Assembly (NCBI GenBank): GCA_965261735.1 | Contig: OZ253470.1 | Coordinates: 4,544,001 to 4,608,000 of the forward strand | Length of the DNA stretch: 64,000 nt | Origin: Alphaproteobacteria bacterium | GTDB taxonomy: Bacteria > Pseudomonadota > Alphaproteobacteria > SHVV01 | Direction of reading: 5' to 3' | Shown: piece by piece, positions 52,888 to 64,000 of the stretch | Layout of the letters: the number at the start of each line of letters is the position of its first letter | How positions within the stretch are numbered: position 1 is the first letter of the stretch | Notes under the pieces: generated by a model | Told to the model about the DNA's origin: nothing | What the model saw: only the letters and a program-made list of their open reading frames with translations | Database searches by the model: none | Made by a program: the position numbers and the translations under genes

Positions 52888-53781
52888 ATGCGTAAGGGCG
52901 CCGGTTGGTTGTTCGTCCTGCCCGCCGTCGTTTTCGTGGCGGTGTTCATCGTCTTTCCTACGCTGCAGACGATTCGGCTGAGCTTCGACACAGGCGCTAA
53001 TTTCTCGCCCACTGAGTTCGTGGGGCTCCGGAACTACGTCGACCTGTTCGCCCACGATCGCCTGTTTCTCGACTTCCGCCGCGGCTGGCCGACGGGAGCG
53101 CTGCCCAACACGGTGCTTTGGCTCGTGTTGTTCGTCGCCGGCACTCTGGGATTTGGGCTGCTCACCGCGGTTCTCAGCGATTCGGTGCGCTACGGGCAGT
53201 TCGTGAAGACCATCGTCTTCATCCCGATGGCGATCTCGTTCACCGCCACGGGCGTCATCTGGCGCTTCGTTTACAGTCTGGACCCGAGCGTTGGCGCGCT
53301 CAACGCCGCACTCGCCTCGGCCGTCCCTGGCTTCGAGCCCATCGCCTGGCTGGGGCGGACGGGGTTGGCCAACTTCGCCCTCATCGCCGCCGCCGTCTGG
53401 ATATGGACGGGATTCTGCATGGTGGTCCTGTCCGCCGCCTTGCGCGGGCTCGATGAGGAGATGCTGGATGCGGCGCGCATTGACGGCGCTTCGCCGTGGC
53501 AGATCTTCTGGCGGATCAAGGTTCCGCTGATCTGGCCCACCGTGCTTGTGGTCATGATCACGATGGTCATTACCGTGCTCAAGGTCTTTGACCTCGTCCT
53601 CATCATGACGCAGGGCGGACCGCGCGGTTCCACGCGCATTCTCGGTTTCAGCGTGTTCTGGGAAGCGTTCACCAACTTCAGGCCCGGCTACGGCAGTGCC
53701 ATCGCGGTCGTCATGCTTATCCTCGTGTTGCCGTTCGTGGCCTTCAACATTCGGCGCTTTCGCGAGGAGGAGCGGAGGTGA
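52888..53781 (+). CDS. carbohydrate ABC permease
   Basis: PMAISF, DAARIDGA (EAA loop) and LKVFD motifs. Confidence 0.93.
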   Translation: MRKGAGWLFVLPAVVFVAVFIVFPTLQTIRLSFDTGANFSPTEFVGLRNYVDLFAHDRLFLDFRRGWPTGALPNTVLWLVLFVAGTLGFGLLTAVLSDSVRYGQFVKTIVFIPMAISFTATGVIWRFVYSLDPSVGALNAALASAVPGFEPIAWLGRTGLANFALIAAAVWIWTGFCMVVLSAALRGLDEEMLDAARIDGASPWQIFWRIKVPLIWPTVLVVMITMVITVLKVFDLVLIMTQGGPRGSTRILGFSVFWEAFTNFRPGYGSAIAVVMLILVLPFVAFNIRRFREEERR

Positions 53782-54614
53782 TGGCGCGCACCCTCGCTTC
53801 ACGCCTTGCCGTTCACTGTGTGCTCGCGGCGATCACCCTGGTGTGGCTCTTGCCCACGGTCGGGCTCCTGGTCACCTCGTTGCGGCCGCGTGGCGCGATC
53901 TCTGCGTCGGGTTGGTGGACCGTGATGCCCGCTGAAATCACGCTGCAGAATTACACTCACGTCCTCTCGGCGCAGGGGATGGGCGCCGCATTCTGGAACA
54001 GCACCCTGATCGCGGTACCGGCCACGATTCTCACCGTCGCCGTGGCGGCCCTTGCGGCCTACGGCTTTGCTTGGGGCCGGTTCCGCGGGCGGGATTGGCT
54101 GTTCCTGTTCGTCATCGCCATGCTCGTCGTGCCACCCCAAACTCTCCTCGTTCCGGTGCTGCGGATGGCCAATATCAGCGGGCTCTCGGGAACATACCTG
54201 GGGATATGGCTTACCCACGTCGGCCTCGGCCTGCCGCTCGGCATTTTTCTCTTGCGCAACTTCTACGCGGCCTTGCCGGGTGAGCTTGTCGAGGCGGCCC
54301 GGGTCGACGGCGCCACCTCCTGGCAGGTCTTCACGCGGGTCCTGCTGCCGCTTTCCGTGCCAGGCCTCGCCTCGCTCGCGATCTTTCAGTTCCTGTGGGT
54401 GTGGAACGACTTGCTGGTGGCCCTCGTGCTCATGAACGACCCGGGCCTGCAGCCGATGACGGTGCGCATTCAGGCGCTGCTCGGCACGTACGCGACCGAG
54501 TGGGACGTCATGAGCGCCGCCGCCTTTATCTCGATGGCGGTGCCGCTCGCCGTATTCTTCGCGCTACAGCGCTACTTCGTCACCGGAATCACGGCCGGGG
54601 CGGTGAAGGCCTGA
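53781..54614 (+). CDS. carbohydrate ABC permease
   Basis: EAARVDGA, FQFLWVWNDLL and LQRYFV motifs. Confidence 0.93.
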   Translation: MARTLASRLAVHCVLAAITLVWLLPTVGLLVTSLRPRGAISASGWWTVMPAEITLQNYTHVLSAQGMGAAFWNSTLIAVPATILTVAVAALAAYGFAWGRFRGRDWLFLFVIAMLVVPPQTLLVPVLRMANISGLSGTYLGIWLTHVGLGLPLGIFLLRNFYAALPGELVEAARVDGATSWQVFTRVLLPLSVPGLASLAIFQFLWVWNDLLVALVLMNDPGLQPMTVRIQALLGTYATEWDVMSAAAFISMAVPLAVFFALQRYFVTGITAGAVKA

Positions 54615-54690
54615 TCTGGCGCCAGCCCCCCATGAGGCCGATCGAGCTGTTCGGGTGTGGCGGGTGCTGCGCGCTTGGCGAATTTCGATA

Positions 54691-57913
<3,223 letters not shown>

Positions 57914-57973
57914 CGCGCACCAAGGCGCCAGCCTCGCGAGTGCGGGGCGGGCTCCTTGGTGCCGTAGGGCCCT

Positions 57974-59245
57974 CTACTCGGCTGCCTGGGAGTTCGTGGG
58001 GTTGCGCGGGTCGTCGATCCACGACACGTAGGACTTGCCGTTGTCGACCTGCTCCATCGTCACGCAGCCCTCGACCGGGCAGACGAGCGCACAGAGGTTG
58101 CAGCCCACGCATTCCGGGTCGATCACCTCGTAGCGGCGCAATCCGTTCTCACGCGTGGCTCGGATCGCCTGGTGCACCGTGTCCTCACAGGCGATGTGGC
58201 AGAGACCACACTTGATACAGGTATCCTGATCGATGCGGGCGACGATTTCGTAGTTGAGGTCGAGGTTCTCCCAGTTGAGGTAGTTGGGTACGGCCGCGCC
58301 GCGGAATCCGTCGAGCGTGGCGTGCCCCTTCTGGTCCATCCAGTTGCCGAGCCCGTCGATCATGTCCTCGACGATCTTGAAGCCGTAGTGCATGGCCGCG
58401 GTGCAGACCTGCACCGTGCCGCAGCCGAGCGCAATGAACTCGGCCGCATCGCGCCAAGTCCCGACGCCGCCGATGCCGGAAACGGGAAGGCCCGCGAGAT
58501 CCGGCTCGCGCGCGATGTCGCCGACCATGCGCAGCGCGATGGGGCGCACCGCTGGGCCGCAATAGCCGCCGTGGCTTCCCTTGCCGTTGACGCTCGGCAG
58601 CGGCGACATGGTGTCGAGATCGACACCTATGATCGAGGCCACCGTGTTGATGAGTGAAACCGAATCCGCGCCGCCTTCGTGAGCCGCCCGCGCCGTCGCG
58701 AGAATGCTGGTGACGTTGGGCGTCAGTTTGACGATCACAGGCATCCGCGTGTGCGCCTTGGCCCAGCGCGTGACCATCTCGACGTACTCCGGCACCTGGC
58801 CGACGGCGGCGCCCATGCCGCGCTCCGACATGCCGTGCGGGCAGCCGAAGTTGAGCTCGACGCCGTCGGCGCCGGTATCCTCCACCTCCTTGAGGATAGC
58901 CTTCCAGTCCGCCTCGGTGCACGGCACCATCAACGAGACGACAACGGCGCGGTCGGGCCAGTCGCGCTTGACCTGCTTGACCTCGCGCAGATTGACGTCG
59001 ATGGGGCGGTCGGTGATGAGCTCGATGTTGGTAAAACCAGCGACACGGGCTTGATTGAAGTCGGTGGCGCCATAGCGCGACGCGGTGTTGATGATGGGGT
59101 CGCCGACCGTCTTCCACACCACGCCGCCCCATCCGGCCTTGAAAGCCCGGGCGACGTTGTATTCCTTGTCGGTGGGCGGCCCGGAGGCGAGCCAGAACGG
59201 GTTCGGCGACTTGATGCCGGCGAATGTGGTCCTTAGATCAGCCAT
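57974..59245 (-). CDS. preA: dihydropyrimidine dehydrogenase subunit PreA
   Basis: NPFWLAS, ELNFGCPHGMSERGMG and two C-terminal 4Fe-4S motifs. Confidence 0.95.
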   Translation of the reverse strand: MADLRTTFAGIKSPNPFWLASGPPTDKEYNVARAFKAGWGGVVWKTVGDPIINTASRYGATDFNQARVAGFTNIELITDRPIDVNLREVKQVKRDWPDRAVVVSLMVPCTEADWKAILKEVEDTGADGVELNFGCPHGMSERGMGAAVGQVPEYVEMVTRWAKAHTRMPVIVKLTPNVTSILATARAAHEGGADSVSLINTVASIIGVDLDTMSPLPSVNGKGSHGGYCGPAVRPIALRMVGDIAREPDLAGLPVSGIGGVGTWRDAAEFIALGCGTVQVCTAAMHYGFKIVEDMIDGLGNWMDQKGHATLDGFRGAAVPNYLNWENLDLNYEIVARIDQDTCIKCGLCHIACEDTVHQAIRATRENGLRRYEVIDPECVGCNLCALVCPVEGCVTMEQVDNGKSYVSWIDDPRNPTNSQAAE

Positions 59246-60605
59246 GTTGGTTTCCTCGCACGCTCGTGCGCAAGTAGCGGTCCATGGCGAGGGCGGCGAC
59301 CTTGCCGTCCTGGACCGCCTGAACCGTCAGGTCCTCGCCGGCCACACAATCGCCGCCGGCATAGACCCCGGGCAGCGAGGTGGCGCCCTCGCCGTCGACC
59401 TCGATGCGTCCGCCGGAGAGCTCCAGCGCTTGGCCGTCTCCCGAAACGGGGTCGCCGACGAACACCTGCCCGATCGCCGTGAACACCATGTCGGCGGGTA
59501 GCGTGAACGTCTCGCCCGTGCCTTCGAGGGGCCCGCCCTCGGCCTGGCGCGTATACTCGAACTCGGCGGCAACGACATCGCCGTTGCCGCCGATCAGGCG
59601 CTTGGGCTGGGCCCAGTGCTTGATCTTGACCCCGGCCGTCTGAGCGAACTCCTGCTCGCGGACCGTCGCGCCCATGGCCGACGGTCCGCGGCGGTAGACG
59701 ATGGTGACGTCCTCGGCGCCGAGGTAGCGCGTCTGTGCGGCGATGTCGATTGCCGTATTGCCACCGCCGATGATGACGATGCGCCGCCCCACCGGAAGGG
59801 CGCCCACGTCCGCCGCCTGGCGCAGATCGGCGATGAAATCGACCGCCGGGGTGACGCCGCGAAGGCCCAGGCCCTCGGCTTCGAGAGCAGCTACGCCGCC
59901 AAGGCCGATGCCGATGAAGACGGCATCGTAGTTGCGGCGCAAGTCACCCAGCTGCAGGTCATGCCCGAGCGCCTTGCCGTAACGCACGTCGATTCCGCCG
60001 ACGCCAAGGATGAATGCCGCTTCCGCTTGTGCGAAATCGTTCGGCACTTTATAGGCCGCGATGCCGTACTCGTTGAGCCCGCCCGGTTTCAGTCTGGCCT
60101 CGAACACCGTGACCGCATGGCCGAAACGCGCGAGACGATGCGCCGCGGCGAGGCCGGCCGGGCCCGCGCCCACGACCGCAACAGTCATGCCCGCGTCCTC
60201 GCCGCGGGTAAAGGGCTGCTCGCCGGTGGCATAGAGCCAGTCGGTCGCGTAGCGCTGCAGCAGACCGATGTGCACGGGTTTGCCCTCCTGTGCCGTGCGT
60301 ACGCAGGCTTGCTCGCACAAGACCTCGGTCGGGCACACCCGCGCGCAGGCGCCGCCGAAGATGTTGGGCTCCAATATGTCGAGCGCGGCGCCCCGCGGAT
60401 TATCGGTCGAAATCTTGCGGATGAAACTCGGGATGTCGATTGCGGTCGGACAAGCGTCGATGCACGGCGCGTCGAAGCAGAAATAGCAGCGCGCCGCGTC
60501 GATCAGCGCGCCCGGGCGATCGAGCGGCGGTTTCGATTCGTCGAACGCGGCCCGGTAGTCGGCTTCGCTACGGCGCCTGGACGCAACATCGGGACCGCCC
60601 ATCAT
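59238..60605 (-). CDS. preT: dihydropyrimidine dehydrogenase subunit PreT
   Basis: RCYFCFDAPC..ACP, GAGPAG and GGGNTA motifs; adjacent to preA. Confidence 0.92.
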   Translation of the reverse strand: MMGGPDVASRRRSEADYRAAFDESKPPLDRPGALIDAARCYFCFDAPCIDACPTAIDIPSFIRKISTDNPRGAALDILEPNIFGGACARVCPTEVLCEQACVRTAQEGKPVHIGLLQRYATDWLYATGEQPFTRGEDAGMTVAVVGAGPAGLAAAHRLARFGHAVTVFEARLKPGGLNEYGIAAYKVPNDFAQAEAAFILGVGGIDVRYGKALGHDLQLGDLRRNYDAVFIGIGLGGVAALEAEGLGLRGVTPAVDFIADLRQAADVGALPVGRRIVIIGGGNTAIDIAAQTRYLGAEDVTIVYRRGPSAMGATVREQEFAQTAGVKIKHWAQPKRLIGGNGDVVAAEFEYTRQAEGGPLEGTGETFTLPADMVFTAIGQVFVGDPVSGDGQALELSGGRIEVDGEGATSLPGVYAGGDCVAGEDLTVQAVQDGKVAALAMDRYLRTSVRGNQHG

Positions 60606-60608
60606 AGC

Positions 60609-61478
60609 TTATTTGCCGAGGTCGGTCAGGTCGCCGTATGTCTCGGGCCGGCGGTCGCGGTAGAACTGCCACAGATTGCGGATCTCGCGCACCTCCTCGA
60701 GGTCCATGTCCGCGGTCACCAGCTCGTCGTCGTCCTGGCCGGCCTGGGCGATGATCTTGCCGCGCGGATTGACGACGTAGGACGAGCCGTAGAAGCGGCC
60801 GATGTTCCAGGGTGCCTCCTCGCCGACCCTGTTGATGGCACCTATGAAGACGCCGTTGGCGACGGCGGCCGCGGGTTGCTCGAGCTCCCATAAATAGCGG
60901 CTTAGCCCTTCCACGGTCGCCGAGGGGTTGACGATGTACTCGGCACCGTTCAGCGCCAGCGCGCGCCAGCCCTCGGGGAAATGTCGGTCGTAGCAGGTGT
61001 AGACCCCGAGCTTCACGTACGCCGTGTCGAAGACAGGCCAGCCGCTGTTGCCGGCCTTGAAGAAGAACTTCTCGTAGAACCCGGCCACCTGCGGGAGGTG
61101 GGTCTTGCGGTATTTCCCGAGATAGGCGCCGTCGGCGTCGATCACCGCCGTCGTGTTGTAGTAGACCCCGATCATCTCCTCTTCGTAGATCGGCACCGCG
61201 ATGACCATGGAGTACCGCTTGGCGTAGTCCTGCATCAGCCTCACGGTCGCTCCGTCAGGTATCTTCTCGACCGCGGCGTACCACTTGGGATCCTGGCTCG
61301 GGCAGAAATAGGGCTGGGTGAAGATCTCCTGGAAGCACAGCACATGAACGCCCTTCGCGCCAGCCTCCTCGATCAACGGGATGTGCCCTTCGATCATCTT
61401 GTCGCATATCGCTTGCGGGCTTTGATCGGTGTCGGCCTTGAGCGACATCTGTATCAGTCCCGCTCTTACCGTTGCCAT
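60609..61478 (-). CDS. nitrilase-family beta-ureidopropionase
   Basis: FQE, YRKTH and CYDRHFPE give the Glu-Lys-Cys triad; lies upstream of preTA. Confidence 0.85.
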   Translation of the reverse strand: MATVRAGLIQMSLKADTDQSPQAICDKMIEGHIPLIEEAGAKGVHVLCFQEIFTQPYFCPSQDPKWYAAVEKIPDGATVRLMQDYAKRYSMVIAVPIYEEEMIGVYYNTTAVIDADGAYLGKYRKTHLPQVAGFYEKFFFKAGNSGWPVFDTAYVKLGVYTCYDRHFPEGWRALALNGAEYIVNPSATVEGLSRYLWELEQPAAAVANGVFIGAINRVGEEAPWNIGRFYGSSYVVNPRGKIIAQAGQDDDELVTADMDLEEVREIRNLWQFYRDRRPETYGDLTDLGK

Positions 61479-61697
61479 CCGCACCTCCTCGTCCGTTCCT
61501 ATGCCCGCTCGGCTCAAGAATGCGAAGAAGTGCTTCAGGAGTCGAGCCTGTTCGATCAACAAAAGGGCCTGGAAATCGGCGCACTCATCGCCACCTGTGA
61601 TGCCATCGGGGCGCGTGCCGCACGGGCCCGTGAGCATGATGCGCAACGCCGGGAGTGCTTGGCGCGGGGCGAGAATCGGCGCCTAATAGGACCGGCG

Positions 61698-63173
61698 ATG
61701 AACGACTCAAACCATAGCGATGTCGGGGGCACCCAAGAGTTTCGTGATGCGGACTCTGCCGTGGCGCGGATCACCGACATCTACGAGCGTAGCGCCAACA
61801 CGATTCGGGCCGCTTCCGAAGCCATATCAGGTGGTGGTGCTTTCCCCGCCGACGAGCTCGCGCGCTCATGCTACCCCTATCTCGGCATCGAGATCGGGGT
61901 AGGGAAAACGTCCACCGACTCGCGCGTTGCCTACGGCGCTCTCGCAGATCCCGGGGTCTATGGAACGACCCTCACCCGGCCCGACCTCTTCGCCGACTAC
62001 TACCGAAACCAGATAGAACTGCTGCTGTCGAATCATGGCGTGCCCGTCACGGTCGGCGAGAGCAAAACGCCTATCGCGCTGCCCTTCGTGGTCGAAGACA
62101 GCACGGCCGACATCACCCCCAAAGACATGCAGACGCTGCAGGGGGCCTTCCACCTGCCGGACCTGCGCACAATCGATGATGCCATCGCCAATGGAACCTA
62201 TACGCCCGGCCCCGGCGAGCCCAAGCCGCTGGCGCTCTTCACGGCACCGAGGGTGGACTACTCGCTGCACCGGCTAGGTCACTATACCGGGACCTCGCCA
62301 ACCTACTTTCAGCGCTTCGTGTTGTTCACGAACTATGAGCGCTACGTCGACGAATTCATCGCCTACGGCCACGATGCCGTACGCGAGGGCGATGATTACA
62401 GCGCGTTCGTTGGACCGGGTGACGTGGTCGTGGCGAACCCCCGGCGCGGCGACATCAAATCCTCGGGCGTGGCGCCGCAGCACCTGCCGCAGATGCCGGC
62501 CTACCACCTGGTGCGGGACGACGGTCTGGGGGTCACGCTGGTCAACATCGGCGTCGGACCGAGCAACGCCAAGACGGCGACCGACCATATTGCCGTTCTT
62601 CGTCCCCACGCCTGGTTCATGCTCGGCCATTGCGCGGGCCTTCGCCGCAGCCAGCGCCTAGGCGACTATGTGCTGGCTCACGGATACGTCCGCGAGGACC
62701 GCGTTTTGTACCAGGAGCTTCCGATCTGGGCGCCCGTACCGCCGATCGCGGAAATCCAGGTCGCGCTACAGGAAGCGGTGGCTCGAGTTACCGGCTTGCG
62801 CGGTATGGACCTCAAGACTCGGATGCGTACCGGCACCGTCGCCAGCACCGACAACCGCAACTGGGAACTGCGCTACGAGGAGCTGTTCCGCCGCCTCAAC
62901 CAGGCGAGGACGATCGCGGTCGATATGGAATCGGCGACGGTTGCCGCCAACGGCTTCCGCTTTCGTGTTCCCTACGGGACGCTGCTCTGTGTTTCCGACA
63001 AGCCGGCCCACGGCGAAATCAAGATGCGGTCCATGGCCAACGTCATGTACCGTGAAAGCATCAGTCAGCATCTGCGGATAGGACTTGAAGCCATCACGAT
63101 TCTGCGCGATGGCGGTGTTCACCAGGTTCATTCGCGCAAGCTGCGTAGCTTCGACGAGCCCCCTTTCCGCTAG
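61698..63173 (+). CDS. amn: AMP nucleosidase
   Basis: RVDYSLHRL.HYTGT, PQMPAYHL, NIGVGPSNAKT, DMES and LCVSDKP.HGE motifs. Confidence 0.95.
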   Translation: MNDSNHSDVGGTQEFRDADSAVARITDIYERSANTIRAASEAISGGGAFPADELARSCYPYLGIEIGVGKTSTDSRVAYGALADPGVYGTTLTRPDLFADYYRNQIELLLSNHGVPVTVGESKTPIALPFVVEDSTADITPKDMQTLQGAFHLPDLRTIDDAIANGTYTPGPGEPKPLALFTAPRVDYSLHRLGHYTGTSPTYFQRFVLFTNYERYVDEFIAYGHDAVREGDDYSAFVGPGDVVVANPRRGDIKSSGVAPQHLPQMPAYHLVRDDGLGVTLVNIGVGPSNAKTATDHIAVLRPHAWFMLGHCAGLRRSQRLGDYVLAHGYVREDRVLYQELPIWAPVPPIAEIQVALQEAVARVTGLRGMDLKTRMRTGTVASTDNRNWELRYEELFRRLNQARTIAVDMESATVAANGFRFRVPYGTLLCVSDKPAHGEIKMRSMANVMYRESISQHLRIGLEAITILRDGGVHQVHSRKLRSFDEPPFR

Positions 63174-63196
63174 CCGCGGACGCCCCGATACAAAGG

Positions 63197-63598
63197 ATGA
63201 CCATGCTGGATGACATGATCGCCAGGGCGGCCGCGGTGCGCGAGAACGCTTACGCCCCCTACTCGGATTTCAAGGTCGGCGCCTGTCTACGCGCCGAATC
63301 AGGAGCGCTCTACGTCGGCGCCAATGTTGAAAACGCGGCCTACCCCGAGGGTCAGTGTGCCGAGGCCTCGGCGATCGGCAGCATGATCGCGGGCGGCGAT
63401 GCCCGCATCGTCGAGGTGGTCGTCATCGGCGCCGGCGACGCGCTATGTACACCGTGCGGCGGGTGCCGGCAGCGGCTCAGCGAGTTTGCGGCACCCGACA
63501 CGACTGTTCATGTCTGTGGACCCGAGGGCTTGCGCCGCTCCTTCAAGCTCGGTGAGCTTCTCGCCAGCGCCTTCGGCCCCGGCAATCTCGGGCGATGA
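63197..63598 (+). CDS. cdd: cytidine deaminase
   Basis: AYAPYS.F.VGA, NVENAAYP, CAE and PCGGCRQ motifs. Confidence 0.95.
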   Translation: MTMLDDMIARAAAVRENAYAPYSDFKVGACLRAESGALYVGANVENAAYPEGQCAEASAIGSMIAGGDARIVEVVVIGAGDALCTPCGGCRQRLSEFAAPDTTVHVCGPEGLRRSFKLGELLASAFGPGNLGR

Positions 63599-64000
63599 CG
63601 GCTGACGCGCGTGCGGCCGCGGCGGTCCTTGCGGCCCGAACGCCAGGCTTTACGCCAAGGGTAGGATTGATCCTCGGTTCCGGTCTCGGCGGGCTCGCGG
63701 ATCAGGTCGATCCCGAGGCGAGCATTGCCTACGCCGATCTGCCGGGTTTCCCGCGCACCAGCGTCGAGGGCCACCTCGGCCGCCTGGTCGCAGGAACGCT
63801 CGGTGGTTGCGTGATCGTCTGTTTGCAGGGCCGGGCCCACGGCTATGAGGGTGACGGATCGGCCATGCTGACACCGGTGCGCGCGCTACGCTCGGCCGGC
63901 TGCGAAATCCTCCTCGTGACCAATGCCGCGGGCTGCCTCGTCAGCGACTGGGAACTTCCGAGCCTGATGCTAATCACGGACCACATCAATCATTCGCTCG
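63595..64000 (+). CDS. purine nucleoside phosphorylase (trimeric type), runs off the window
   Basis: ILGSGLG, VEGH.G, QGRAHGYEG, TNAAG and DHIN motifs. Confidence 0.92.
   Translation, partial: MTADARAAAAVLAARTPGFTPRVGLILGSGLGGLADQVDPEASIAYADLPGFPRTSVEGHLGRLVAGTLGGCVIVCLQGRAHGYEGDGSAMLTPVRALRSAGCEILLVTNAAGCLVSDWELPSLMLITDHINHSL

Overview
GC-rich alphaproteobacterial chromosome segment; the Rhodospirillales-like placement is inferred from gene order. Two intact housekeeping blocks are present: era-rnc-lepB-acpS-pdxJ-rsh-rpoZ-folK / NYN-udg / smpB-dapA (7.7-17.7 kb), and a sugar ABC transporter plus pyrimidine/nucleoside catabolism genes hydA, 5'-nucleotidase, preAT, ureidopropionase, amn, cdd, pnp (50-64 kb). 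Accessory DNA between them is rich in IS elements (IS256 x2 plus a fragment, IS1595 x2, IS5, IS1182, an IS110 fragment, a 172-bp MITE) and pseudogenes. selA-selB are present without selC/selD. The best candidate for an undescribed system is a catabolic cluster at 26-40 kb. It holds two tandem M29-fold proteins with a NicX-type His/His-x-Asp site, two Rieske oxygenases without a reductase, an amidase, an atypical amidinotransferase-fold enzyme, a VOC dioxygenase and an MFS transporter, and is probably for an N-heterocyclic substrate (inference). Other oddities are an IS256 flanked by a 21-bp direct repeat at a double-palindrome site, a four-part mosaic of mobile-element fragments, and an orphan T4-type lysozyme. 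All calls come from reading the sequence by eye; no database searches were run.
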